A stretch of 32,701 bases of DNA, from IMG/VR virus record IMGVR_UViG_3300038334_000130. One strand, written 5' to 3'. This DNA is from a virus. Taxonomy: Duplodnaviria > Caudoviricetes. The first letter of the stretch is position 1. Each line of letters begins with the position of its first letter. Shown here piece by piece: positions 14,422-24,141 of the stretch. The notes below the pieces were generated by a model that saw only the letters and a program-made list of their open reading frames with translations, made no database searches and was not told the origin of the DNA. Made by a program: the position numbers and the translations under genes.

Positions 14422-15916
14422 CTTCATAATACTCATTATGAATGCTCTGGCATTTGCGTTCAACATAAATGATTTGAGAATAGAGCTGGCCCGGAGGGAC
14501 TTCTGGGAGTTCTGCAAAATCAACTCGCCGGAATTCTACCGGGAAGACCGGGTATTTCTACGTGAGTATTGTCAGACCCTGCAGGCTCTGTATGAAGGCC
14601 GCATTGTGAAGTTTTCCCCCGAGGATCCCTGGCAGATCGTTGATCAAAAGGCCCTGCAGGATCACATTAAATGCACCCGCCTCATGATCAATGTGCCGCC
14701 CCGGCACGGAAAATCACGGACTCTGGTTCTTTTTACCAGCTGGGTGTTCGGGCATGACAACGAATCCCGGGTGATTACCTGCTCCTATAACGATGAGGAG
14801 GCCAAGGATTTCTCGAAGTACACCAGGGACACAATCATGGAAGAGAAATCCGATGTTGATGCGAATGATATCGTTTTTTCAGATATATTCCCGGGAACGA
14901 AAGTAAAACATGGCGATGCCGGTTTCGGTAAATGGGCGCTGGATGGACAGTTCTTTAATTACAAAGGCGCAGGAATAGGCGGCGCCGTCACTGGAAAGGG
15001 CGGGAAGATACTCATCGTCGATGACCCGGTCAAAGGCGATGAGATCGCCTATTCAGAGACGGCCCTGAATAAAATATGGAAGTGGTACACGGGAACATTC
15101 CTCTCCAGGAGGGAAGAGGGCGCGATTGAGATCATGAATCACACCCGCTGGTCGGACCTTGACCCCTGCGGGAGGATTCTCGCCGGGCCTGATGGCCACA
15201 GCTGGTATGTGTTCAAGCGTGAAGCGTACGACAGTGTCTCGAACATGATGCTCTGCCCGGACCTTCTTTCCCGGGAATCATATGAATACCTGAAGCGCAA
15301 CGCGGACCGGGCCATATTCATGGCCAACTATCACCAGGTCACCATCGATGACAAAGACAGGCTTTATCGTGAGCTGAAGACATACAGTGATATTCCCGGG
15401 GAATTTGAGCGGATCATCAGTTATACGGACACGGCAGATGAGGGAGACGATTATCTCTGCTCAATCGTTGCCGGAGAATACCGGAAGGAACTATGGATAC
15501 TCGACGTACTGTACACGAAAGCGGGTATGGAAGTCACAGAGCCGCAGACTGCTGAATTCTTTGTACAGAATGATGTACGGCACAGTAAGATCGAGTCAAA
15601 TAACGGCGGTCGTGGATTTGCCAGGGCGGTGGAGCGTATTCTCTGGGAGGAGTACGGCACCCGGCGTGTTCATATTACCTGGTTCCATCAGACAAAAAAC
15701 AAACTGGCACGAATACTCACTGAATCTAACTACATCATGCAGCATGTCTATTTTCCTCATAACTGGCATGAGCGATGGCCTGAGTTTTTTAAGGATATCA
15801 TGCGATTCAAAAAGGAATCGAAAAACGTATATTTTGATGCACCTGACGCACTGACCGGTCTGGCCGAGATGGTTAACCAGGGCGTCAGAGAAATGCAGGC
15901 ACACAGAGCAACGTAA
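14396..15916 (+). CDS. terL: Terminase large subunit
   Basis: Walker A VPPRHGKS, Walker B LIVDDP, HTRW, nuclease YTDTA..GDD, ESNNGG, DAPDAL. Confidence 0.96.
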   Translation: MKRILFLISFIILIMNALAFAFNINDLRIELARRDFWEFCKINSPEFYREDRVFLREYCQTLQALYEGRIVKFSPEDPWQIVDQKALQDHIKCTRLMINVPPRHGKSRTLVLFTSWVFGHDNESRVITCSYNDEEAKDFSKYTRDTIMEEKSDVDANDIVFSDIFPGTKVKHGDAGFGKWALDGQFFNYKGAGIGGAVTGKGGKILIVDDPVKGDEIAYSETALNKIWKWYTGTFLSRREEGAIEIMNHTRWSDLDPCGRILAGPDGHSWYVFKREAYDSVSNMMLCPDLLSRESYEYLKRNADRAIFMANYHQVTIDDKDRLYRELKTYSDIPGEFERIISYTDTADEGDDYLCSIVAGEYRKELWILDVLYTKAGMEVTEPQTAEFFVQNDVRHSKIESNNGGRGFARAVERILWEEYGTRRVHITWFHQTKNKLARILTESNYIMQHVYFPHNWHERWPEFFKDIMRFKKESKNVYFDAPDALTGLAEMVNQGVREMQAHRAT

Positions 15917-17367
15917 TGGCAGACAACTATAACATAATACAGATACGGCGGCACGATAAGCTGGATAAGTGGAGTGGTGTATTCAAGCTGAATCACGACA
16001 GCTACGTGTCGGGCCGCGTATACCGTGACGGCAACTATCTCCATAAAGGGAAAAATGAGTTCAGCAAGTTTTACAAACAACGCCAGGAGATCGCTACTCC
16101 ACGAAACGACATCCAGCCGGTCATTGATATTCTCATTGGATACGTGTACTCAACAGAGCCGGAGAGAAATATTGATGGTGATGTAAAAAACGCTCTCTTC
16201 AGTGTGGCCAAGGGGAAGGATTATGCGAGGTTTACCCGGAACGTGGCACGGCAGTTGAAGCTATACCCGTTCGTTGTCTTGGTTGATTCTCCTTCCGATG
16301 TGCAGGATTTCAAAACCAAATATGAGAAAGACAAGTATGGGAAAAATCCGTATTGCCTGGTATACCGGTATGATGAGATTCGAGATTTTAGTCTTGACGA
16401 TAATGGCCGGTTCACATGGCTCCTCCTGGATAATTCTTATGTGGATAAAACCGATCCCTTGGGGAAAGAGAAAAAGATTACCAGGTACACTCTCTGGATG
16501 GTGAAAAATGGAGCGGTCAGTGTGCGTGACTTTATCATCAAGGATAAAAAGGTTGAGCCGCAGGAAGAGATGCCACTGGCGATTGCGGAAATACCGGCGA
16601 TAATCGCGGGGAAAGATTTTTTCGATGAGGATATTGTCGAGACCAACCTCATCGAGAACTGTTCCGAGATCAGTAAAAAGCTATATAACATAGATTCCCT
16701 GATCGACTCGATCCTCTACGACGGTGCGTTTAAAGTTCTCAGATACCCGCTCACTGATTTCGTGAAAGAACTGCCCAAAGGACTGAAAAGTGAGGGCCTC
16801 GGGTCAGTCGCAGTCCTGGAGTTTGACGGGATGTGTTCCAATGCCCCTGATTTCATAAGGGCTGAAGTTGATAATATCCAGCCGTATCTCGATAAAGCGA
16901 AAGAAATGGTAAAAGAATTCTTCAAGCAGTTCGGCATGAAGGATACCTCCGAGACCGAGACCAAATACTGGGGCGACAGCGGTGTCGCCAAGTCTATCGA
17001 TTTCCAGAAAACGAAAGGGATACTCCTGTCTATCGCTGATGAGATGGAAATCATCGAGAATGAGATTGTCCGCTATATCGGTATGTGGATGAACAAGAGC
17101 GTGGAATCAAAGAGTGCTGATAAGAAGATCACATACAACAAGGATTTCGATCCCGATGAGCTCAATGATGATCTCAACCGGCTGTACCAGGCGATGGAAT
17201 TGCCATATGAGACGATTACAAAATACGCGGTTGAACAGATTGTGAGGAAGCTCTTCCCGAAGGCGGATAAAAAAGTAATCGAGGCAATGATTAAAGAAAT
17301 TCATGAAGGGGTGAAAACTCCGAAAGTGAAATTCGATGATGATAAAAACGACGGTGGCGAGTCGTAA
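15916..17367 (+). CDS. Portal protein
   Basis: 483 aa directly after TerL (TAATG overlap); SGVAK motif typical of SPP1-like portals. Confidence 0.85.
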   Translation: MADNYNIIQIRRHDKLDKWSGVFKLNHDSYVSGRVYRDGNYLHKGKNEFSKFYKQRQEIATPRNDIQPVIDILIGYVYSTEPERNIDGDVKNALFSVAKGKDYARFTRNVARQLKLYPFVVLVDSPSDVQDFKTKYEKDKYGKNPYCLVYRYDEIRDFSLDDNGRFTWLLLDNSYVDKTDPLGKEKKITRYTLWMVKNGAVSVRDFIIKDKKVEPQEEMPLAIAEIPAIIAGKDFFDEDIVETNLIENCSEISKKLYNIDSLIDSILYDGAFKVLRYPLTDFVKELPKGLKSEGLGSVAVLEFDGMCSNAPDFIRAEVDNIQPYLDKAKEMVKEFFKQFGMKDTSETETKYWGDSGVAKSIDFQKTKGILLSIADEMEIIENEIVRYIGMWMNKSVESKSADKKITYNKDFDPDELNDDLNRLYQAMELPYETITKYAVEQIVRKLFPKADKKVIEAMIKEIHEGVKTPKVKFDDDKNDGGES

Positions 17368-17474
17368 AACAGGCCGTTGTCTTTCCGGCAGGCAGACAAA
17401 AAAGAACCGGCCGACACAATGCACTCATGCAATAAATGAGAGATCCACGGATCAGAAAAGAAGAGGTGAAGGAT

Positions 17475-18215
17475 ATGCTCAGAATAATGAATCAGTTTGT
17501 TTTTGCGGGAATTGTGGCCTGTTTTCTAGACCCTGACGATGGGGGCGGATCGGGTGGTGGTAGTGAGGACGTTGTTGTCCATAAGGGGCCCGATAATAAG
17601 ACCTTTCAACTGCCCAAATGGGTGGATCAGGATTATTCGGCGCGCATCAAGAACGAGAAGAAACAGCTGGAAGATAATCTGACAAAGAAGTTTGGCGAAG
17701 AAAAATCCGAGCTTCAAAAGCAGCTCGATGAAGTCAATACGAAACTGGCAGATATCGAGAACGCCAGTCTCTCGGATCAGCAGAAGCGTGATAAAGAGTA
17801 TGAGCGACTGACAAAGGAGAATACTACCTATGCAGGACAGGCAAAAACTCTTTCTGAGGAAAACGAGACCTTGAAAGGCCGTATCAAAGGCATGCATATA
17901 AAATCGGCAGTCCTGGGAGCGATACCCGTTGAGGCGGCTGAGTTCGCCAAACAGGTAGAGGTTCTTTTTATGCATGAGCATGGCAGCGCGATCCAGTATG
18001 TGGAGGACGGCGACGAGGTGAAGGTATTTTTTAAGGATGGCGACAAAGACGTTGCGGTTGCCGATGTCATGAAGACCTTCATTGAGGCAAACCCAAATTT
18101 TGTTGGAAACAAACAGATTCCCGGGCATGATTCACGGAAGAAAAAGACTGGTTCCAGTAGTGAACCGGCGAACACAGTCCAGGGGGCACTCAAAACTGCC
18201 CTAGAAGGTTTTTAA
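17475..18215 (+). CDS. Capsid scaffolding protein
   Basis: DPDDGGGSGGG N-terminus, long acidic coiled coil, position before the major capsid gene. Confidence 0.8.
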   Translation: MLRIMNQFVFAGIVACFLDPDDGGGSGGGSEDVVVHKGPDNKTFQLPKWVDQDYSARIKNEKKQLEDNLTKKFGEEKSELQKQLDEVNTKLADIENASLSDQQKRDKEYERLTKENTTYAGQAKTLSEENETLKGRIKGMHIKSAVLGAIPVEAAEFAKQVEVLFMHEHGSAIQYVEDGDEVKVFFKDGDKDVAVADVMKTFIEANPNFVGNKQIPGHDSRKKKTGSSSEPANTVQGALKTALEGF

Positions 18216-18244
18216 AAAATTAAAGATAATTAAGGAGCAATTAT

Positions 18245-19339
18245 ATGATTATTACAGGCGAAATAACAACCTACGATGTCCCCGATAACGCACGGGACGT
18301 TTCCGCGGCATTCAACCTTATTGCCATGCCTCACACGCCTTTACTCAACAAAGTGCCGCTCGGAAATTCATGCGAAAACGTGAAGCATGAGTGGTATGAC
18401 GACAAGCGTCTGCCTATTGCAACCACCCTGGGAGCTGCCTTTACCAGCGGTGGCGCATCGCTCACGGTTGCCAGTTCCGCCGGGCTTCGGATCGGCTCGA
18501 TTGTGCAGGTTGGGACTTCTGTATATCGGGTGACCGGTATAACGGATTCGACGCATGTGGCCGTTACAGCAATCGCAAGCGATGCCAATCACGACAGTGG
18601 CGTAAAGGTTTCTTTCCTGGGAAACGCCAGAACAGAGAATTCAGCGAAGCAGGACGGCGATTCGGCCCAGACTGAGGAACGCTATAATGTGACCCAGATA
18701 TTCGACGATTTTGTCGAGATGTCGGGCAGTGAAATGGCGACCAAGAAGCATGCACCCGAGGCATCTGACCTTCCCGGTCAGGTAAGAAAGAAGCTGGAGC
18801 GGGCATATTACCAGCTCGCCATGGCACTGTGCAAAAATCCGCGTGTCGCCCCTTCAACAAAAGCAGATCCCCGCATCATGGGCGGTGTTGAATGGTTTAT
18901 AGCTCAGAATGGATATGTCCCGTCTTCGGCGGCATTTTCCACGGACAATTTTGATGCTTTTCTTCTGGAGCTTCAAAACAACGGCCTCGATGTGTTTGAG
19001 ATATGGATCAATCCTACCGACATGGCACGGTTTTCTGGACTTGATTCAACAAAGATTCAGATTCAGTGGGGCTCAAAAGAGCGCGGGACTCCCATCGTCG
19101 AGAAGTATTTCTCCAAACACGGCATCATCTGTGACGTGTTCATGGATCCCTGCATGACCGCAGGCAAGATCGATGTGTTTAAGTCGGCAGACATCGAGGT
19201 CAAGTCTCTGGCTGGCAGGCAGTTTCAGGTAAAAAACATGCCTGAAACCACTGACGGGACTGTTAAGAGGCTGCTCGGTGAATATACTGCCAGGTTCACG
19301 AATTCTTCCCTGTGGGGACGGTTTACTCCTTCTGCATAA
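18245..19339 (+). CDS. Major capsid protein (SU10/DUF5309-like HK97 fold) with inserted beta domain
   Basis: TPLL, HEWYDD, NVTQIF, R.MGGV.WFI, LLGEYT motifs; taaggag RBS. Confidence 0.9.
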   Translation: MIITGEITTYDVPDNARDVSAAFNLIAMPHTPLLNKVPLGNSCENVKHEWYDDKRLPIATTLGAAFTSGGASLTVASSAGLRIGSIVQVGTSVYRVTGITDSTHVAVTAIASDANHDSGVKVSFLGNARTENSAKQDGDSAQTEERYNVTQIFDDFVEMSGSEMATKKHAPEASDLPGQVRKKLERAYYQLAMALCKNPRVAPSTKADPRIMGGVEWFIAQNGYVPSSAAFSTDNFDAFLLELQNNGLDVFEIWINPTDMARFSGLDSTKIQIQWGSKERGTPIVEKYFSKHGIICDVFMDPCMTAGKIDVFKSADIEVKSLAGRQFQVKNMPETTDGTVKRLLGEYTARFTNSSLWGRFTPSA

Positions 19340-19348
19340 AGTTTTGAA

Positions 19349-19381
19349 CGCCGGGTGGTAATGCCGCCCGGCGGTATTTTA
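19349..19381 (+). terminator. Hairpin/terminator after the capsid gene
   Basis: CGCCGGGTGG..CCGCCCGGCG followed by GTATTTT. Confidence 0.65.
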
Positions 19382-19393
19382 AAGAGGTGCACC

Positions 19394-19582
19394 GTGACAG
19401 CAGAACAGAAAAGAGAACAGGAATGGCAGGCTGAGTGTGATGCCAGGAGTCTCCGGGAGGCCGAGGAAGTGAAGGCCGATCAGGGAAGATTTGAGCGGGC
19501 TAAGGCAGCCATGAAAAAGGAAGTCGGTAAAAATGAAAAGATCAATACAATACTGAAAGGTATTCTGGAGGAAAAACAATGA
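19394..19582 (+). CDS. Conserved small phage head-region protein
   Basis: gaggtg RBS + GTG; EWQAECDARSLREAEEVKAD motif. Confidence 0.7.
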   Translation: MTAEQKREQEWQAECDARSLREAEEVKADQGRFERAKAAMKKEVGKNEKINTILKGILEEKQ

Positions 19583-19932
19583 AAAAGATAAAACACGCTG
19601 TGAAAGGCGGTAAAGACGTGATCTGTAAAGGACAGATATATAAGCCCGATAAAGATGGTTTTGTGTATCTACCCGAGGAGATGAAGAATCAGGACGTGGT
19701 TCCGGTTACTGAAGGAGGGGGTGGCGGAAATGTTGATCTTTTCGGAAAGCAGAATCCCACGACTACGGGTCCCGACGCGGCAGCCATTGAGGAGATGAAG
19801 AAAGAGCTCGCTGAGATGGACAAAGAGAAAATGAACAAGGTGGCCAAGGAGATGGGCATTGAAAATCCTGACAAGATGAAAAAGGACGATCTTATCGAAG
19901 CCCTGATCAAGAAGGTGCAATCCGGAAATTAA
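19579..19932 (+). CDS. Head-region protein with C-terminal Rho-N-like (HeH) motif
   Basis: MNKVAKEMGIENPDKMKKDDLIEAL. Confidence 0.75.
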   Translation: MKKIKHAVKGGKDVICKGQIYKPDKDGFVYLPEEMKNQDVVPVTEGGGGGNVDLFGKQNPTTTGPDAAAIEEMKKELAEMDKEKMNKVAKEMGIENPDKMKKDDLIEALIKKVQSGN

Positions 19933-19937
19933 CGGCC

Positions 19938-20999
19938 ATGTCCATCGAATACATCAATAAAAATTTCAAGCGTCTCGAAGAAGAGATCAAAAAGCAGAAG
20001 AAATACAAGTATTCTGACATCTATGATGATGATCTCTTCCGCGAGATGTATAAACTCCTGAATGCCGGGAAAATTGAGGAGGCGGTCCGGTTGTGGAATT
20101 CTCGGACTCCCTCGGAAATGATGTATTTGTGGGGTAAAACCATCCTGGACTTTATGGTTTGGTCAACCGAAGGAGTGAAGACGGCCGGGGAGATTAACCT
20201 CCTCAGTCAGAAGATATCATTTACCACCAGGGAAGTGACCGCTCTCCTGTATGGGAATCAGAAGTATTTCACCACGGAGATTCTCGGAAATTACTTTTTT
20301 GATGTATACAAGATCGAAAACGCCGCGCTGAAAAAACGCATCCTCGATGCGTCGCTGGCACAGTTTGAACATCACATCAGCGGGGCCATGGCGAACACTC
20401 CCGCGAGGATCCTGAACGATATCCGGAATTTTCAGCGGGACCTGCATTATTATCATGAATCGATCCGGAATATCGAGAACCTTGATCAGTACCTCGATGA
20501 TGTGCAGCGGGCATTCAAAGACCAGATGCGGAAGAAATATCCGTCCTTCTACAAGGCCATGGAGGACGGGAAGGTCCTGAAGTCCCGGTGGTACGGTCCG
20601 GACAATAACAAGGTGAAAAGCTACACCCTGGATGAATACACAGACATGATGACCAGGCCCACGATCCTCAATATTGACCGGGCGGCCGCCCAGGGGTATG
20701 CCCACAGCATGGGACACCGGGTCGTCGAGTTCTATGAGCGGGATCACCGGATGATCAAATCGGAAGAACGGGAGATATGCAAACACATCCTGCATAAAAA
20801 GATTCATGGGAAATCCCTTCTGGCCCTTGATGATGAGACCTCCCTTCTTCTGGGTATCCGCACCGTTGCCCAGGCTCAGGCCGATGGGTCTATGTACATC
20901 CACTGCCGGCACAGCATTAAACCGGTTGATGACCAGTTTCACCATGAGCTGGAGAAGGTTATATTCCTGTTAAAACAAACAGTCGAGGAGAGTGCCTGA
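19938..20999 (+). CDS. Minor capsid / head morphogenesis protein (SPP1 gp7/MuF-like)
   Basis: YTLDEYTDMMTR, C-x-H and HCRHSI motifs. Confidence 0.65.
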   Translation: MSIEYINKNFKRLEEEIKKQKKYKYSDIYDDDLFREMYKLLNAGKIEEAVRLWNSRTPSEMMYLWGKTILDFMVWSTEGVKTAGEINLLSQKISFTTREVTALLYGNQKYFTTEILGNYFFDVYKIENAALKKRILDASLAQFEHHISGAMANTPARILNDIRNFQRDLHYYHESIRNIENLDQYLDDVQRAFKDQMRKKYPSFYKAMEDGKVLKSRWYGPDNNKVKSYTLDEYTDMMTRPTILNIDRAAAQGYAHSMGHRVVEFYERDHRMIKSEEREICKHILHKKIHGKSLLALDDETSLLLGIRTVAQAQADGSMYIHCRHSIKPVDDQFHHELEKVIFLLKQTVEESA

Positions 21000-21454
21000 T
21001 GTTGTCTGAAAATAACACCATCCCTGATATAAAGAAGCGCCTGGAGAGCTTTGAATATTACGGCCTCGATGATGATGCTGAGTTTGATGAACAGCTGGCC
21101 CTGTGTGTTGAGGATGTCATGTATGAGCGTATGGTCCCGGTCATCGGTAGTGTGCGGTATGATGAGATTGCGGCCATGGATAAAACGGACCTCTCAGAGT
21201 ATGAGGATCATATATATCGAGCTGAGATTTTTTATAGTGTTGCCGAGTTCCTCCGTAAACAGGTGCAGTCCGAGCGCAGTAAAGAACGCCGGGTGTCTGA
21301 AGAGAGAACGGGGAATCAGAAGGCATATGTGGAGAAGGACTTCATTGATGACGCTGTTCGCTCACTGGGGCGTGCAGGGTATAACAGGACCGTATCGATC
21401 AGCCGGTTTGGTATAGCCGAAACATGGCATTATGAGGATCCCGATGATTATTGA
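20999..21454 (+). CDS. Putative head-tail adaptor
   Basis: Position, acidic helical 151 aa, TGATG coupling. Confidence 0.6.
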   Translation: MLSENNTIPDIKKRLESFEYYGLDDDAEFDEQLALCVEDVMYERMVPVIGSVRYDEIAAMDKTDLSEYEDHIYRAEIFYSVAEFLRKQVQSERSKERRVSEERTGNQKAYVEKDFIDDAVRSLGRAGYNRTVSISRFGIAETWHYEDPDDY

Positions 21455-21929
21455 GCAAGCGCCAAACAGTAAAACCAGTCTGAAGGCTGCACAGGAATGG
21501 GTGGGGACCCCGTTGCACCGGTCCCAGGACGCGCAGGGGCTTTATGAGCAGCTGGTTCCTGAACTGCGTCAGGCGGTGGCCTATGGGTTCAGCGACGCGA
21601 ACCCGAACAACTGGGCGGAACTCTCCCCGGGATGGCTGGATGAGAAACGGGAACGGGGATGGCCCGAGACTATCGGGGTGGCAACCGGTGCCTTGAAGAG
21701 AGCAGCAACGGTCAATGCCCAGATCGCAGTGACAAAAACACACCTGACCTGGGGAATAAACGAAAATGAGTCGTCACCGGGGCACGGGATAGATGGATGG
21801 ACCGTAGGTGATTATGCGCGTGATTTCCATGCAGTACGGCCCATTTTTAAAAGCACCATGGCATTTCTGCGGTCGGTATATAAGAAGGCCGCTCAAAAAT
21901 GGTTAACGGAGCAGATGTCCAATGTCTGA
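21432..21929 (+). CDS. Putative neck / virion morphogenesis protein (Mu gpG/HK97 gp10-like)
   Basis: WAELSP.W..EK, ATGALKRA, YA....RPI motifs. Confidence 0.7.
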   Translation: MRIPMIIEQAPNSKTSLKAAQEWVGTPLHRSQDAQGLYEQLVPELRQAVAYGFSDANPNNWAELSPGWLDEKRERGWPETIGVATGALKRAATVNAQIAVTKTHLTWGINENESSPGHGIDGWTVGDYARDFHAVRPIFKSTMAFLRSVYKKAAQKWLTEQMSNV

Positions 21930-22389
21930 TGTTATCGATCTGGTAAAAGCTATTAAAACGCAGCTGGCGGCAGCTCCAGGCCTTGCGTATGTGAAGCACT
22001 TTGACACCTCTGAGAACGAGAATGACCTGGTTAAAAAAGGAAAGTTTCCCTGGGTGAATGTCAAGATCACGAACAGGAGAACTACAATTGCCGGGAGTCT
22101 ATCCAGGCGAACGCATAAGAGGATTATTTGTAATGTGATAATTACCTTCTCGGTGCGGGACGTGTCTTTTAAGAACGCCATGGAAGGGGGAACTGATATA
22201 AAGGGCATATGGGATTTACAGAATGATATCGATACGGCGCTGGATGCTGATCTGTCATTCGGGGATTTGGTTAATAAAAGTCCTTATGATCCGGACACGG
22301 CCACTGATGCAGTATCAATCGACAGCGGCCGGTTCTGGATAGGGCGGGGCGCGACAAAATTCAACGTCTTTTCAGACGTCAATATTTAA
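21922..22389 (+). CDS. Putative tail terminator
   Basis: Position before the tail tube gene; FPWVNV and IDTALDADLSFG pattern. Confidence 0.65.
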   Translation: MSDVIDLVKAIKTQLAAAPGLAYVKHFDTSENENDLVKKGKFPWVNVKITNRRTTIAGSLSRRTHKRIICNVIITFSVRDVSFKNAMEGGTDIKGIWDLQNDIDTALDADLSFGDLVNKSPYDPDTATDAVSIDSGRFWIGRGATKFNVFSDVNI

Positions 22390-22404
22390 GATGAGGTGAA
22401 TGCA

Positions 22405-23256
22405 ATGAAAAGTGTGCGCAGTTATTCAGGCGTATTGGATGTGATGATTGCCGAGATCGCAAGCGGGAAACCCCGGGCTCATATCCGGGGCATGGGGGAT
22501 TTTTCTTTTGAGCGCAGCGAGGAAAAGGCTAAGCTGGTGGTGGGTAAAAAAACGTATGCAACGAAAACGACCAAGATCACCAGGAATGTGAAAATCCAGA
22601 TGAAGGAGTATTATGCCGAGCTCAATCAGCTCATGACGGGCGGGGCGCTTACGAAATATGCGTCCAACGCAGCAGGCGAAGTTGTGGAAAAGGCGAATAT
22701 TCTGGGAACATCTATTCTGGCCGCTACTACTGGAATCGCATCCATTGTGGTCGACCCCACCAATATAGCAAAACTCAAAGAGGGGTGGTATATTATTGAG
22801 GCCGTGGACACCGATTCAATCAACCTCTATGCGTATAGCAACCTGGATGACAAGGAGCTGCTGGACGAGAAGGGCCTCCTGACAGAGGACCCCGTAGACC
22901 TCACCTCGGCAGGTGAGGTTGATCTGACGGAACTTGGTCTCACCATAACCGGTGGATCGGGAACGATTGCCCTCATTCCGGGAAACACAGCAAAATTCTA
23001 TGTCAGGCCTCCATATTCCGAGGCGTGGGAACTCCTCATGTCAGGCGATGACGTTGTAGACGACGTCATGGTAATCGTGACAATTCAGCGCGATAACGGT
23101 GTTACGGTTCTGTTCAATTTCCCGAAAGCGTCACCAGGCGGCATGTCCTTCAATGCCCCGGAAAACGATTATGGAACCTGGGACCTGTCATTCGAGCCTC
23201 TGGATGATCCGATCACGAACAGTTACGCGTCCATGCGTGAGACTGTTAAATCATAG
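22405..23256 (+). CDS. Major tail tube protein
   Basis: Beta-rich; position before the chaperone and tape measure genes; FPKA..GMSF..NDYGTWDLSF. Confidence 0.8.
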   Translation: MKSVRSYSGVLDVMIAEIASGKPRAHIRGMGDFSFERSEEKAKLVVGKKTYATKTTKITRNVKIQMKEYYAELNQLMTGGALTKYASNAAGEVVEKANILGTSILAATTGIASIVVDPTNIAKLKEGWYIIEAVDTDSINLYAYSNLDDKELLDEKGLLTEDPVDLTSAGEVDLTELGLTITGGSGTIALIPGNTAKFYVRPPYSEAWELLMSGDDVVDDVMVIVTIQRDNGVTVLFNFPKASPGGMSFNAPENDYGTWDLSFEPLDDPITNSYASMRETVKS

Positions 23257-23267
23257 TAGATAAACGA

Positions 23268-23289
23268 CCGGGCGGGGATCCCCGCCCGG
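23268..23289. repeat. Perfect 22-bp GC palindrome after the tail tube gene
   Basis: CCGGGCGGGGATCCCCGCCCGG equals its own reverse complement. Confidence 0.85.
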
Positions 23290-23305
23290 AGAAGCAGGAG
23301 GGAGT

Positions 23306-23734
23306 ATGCAGACAATTAAAATCGGCGGGGTTGACAGAGAAATAATACTTCGCCACCGACAAGTGAACCGGTTCAAGCGCCAGTATAACCGCATTTATTC
23401 ATACCGGTTCAACAAGCTGGTGAATGATACCTATCCGGACAAAAAGGTCCTGAAGGGCATGAGCCAGGAAGAGATGACTGAGCTGGTCAAGAAGAATGCT
23501 GAAATATTCAATCGTGCTTCATTCAGCATCCCGGACTGGTTCTGGTACAAGACGGTGTACCGGTCTCTGGTAAAGCGCGGCCTGTGGCCGGTCAGGCGGC
23601 CGTACCGGTCATGGCGGGAAATGGCACAGGATATTCGGAAAGATGAGTATTTCGCCATCGTCCACTTTGTGGCCTCGGAGATACTCGATCTCAATGTGCC
23701 CGTGGTGAATGTGGATAAAAAAAAAGAAATCTAA
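23306..23734 (+). CDS. Tail assembly chaperone (gpG-like)
   Basis: Between tube and tape measure genes; ends GAT AAA AAA AAA GAA ATC TAA. Confidence 0.8.
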   Translation: MQTIKIGGVDREIILRHRQVNRFKRQYNRIYSYRFNKLVNDTYPDKKVLKGMSQEEMTELVKKNAEIFNRASFSIPDWFWYKTVYRSLVKRGLWPVRRPYRSWREMAQDIRKDEYFAIVHFVASEILDLNVPVVNVDKKKEI

Positions 23735-24141
23735 AAGCGAAAGAGCAGCCTCCGGCCGAGCGGATCACTCGCTGGAAGGACTACATCGAGAACATTGATG
23801 AAGCTCACCGGCTGATGATATACAGCCTGAAGCGGTCCGGGTTTTCCCTGAGGGAGATCATGGGGATGGAGGTCAGGGAAAGCCGCTGGTACATGAGGCG
23901 GTACAACGATGACAAGATACAGGACGAAATACTGTTTTTGTCGGCTCATAAAATTGATGTAACGAATCCGACGCAGTGTCCGTCATCCAGGTGGCGTGAT
24001 TGGCAGGACAGGAAGCGGGCGGAAGAAAAGAAAAATACGCAAAGGGTCTCGGAAGAACCGGACTCGGCGGTCATGGATATTATTACAAAAACCATACAGG
24101 ATAATCTGAAAAGGAATGGCAGATCAAGTACTACAACTTGA
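23716..24141 (+). CDS. -1 frameshift extension of the chaperone (gpGT-like C-terminal part)
   Basis: A9 run at 23717-23725; the -1 frame is open (KRNLKAKEQPPAERITRW...) into the 23815-24141 ORF. Confidence 0.8.

Noticed and set aside
17526-20945. Long minus-strand ORFs (17526-18128, 20217-20945 and similar)
   Set aside because: Antisense shadows of well-supported structural genes with no motifs
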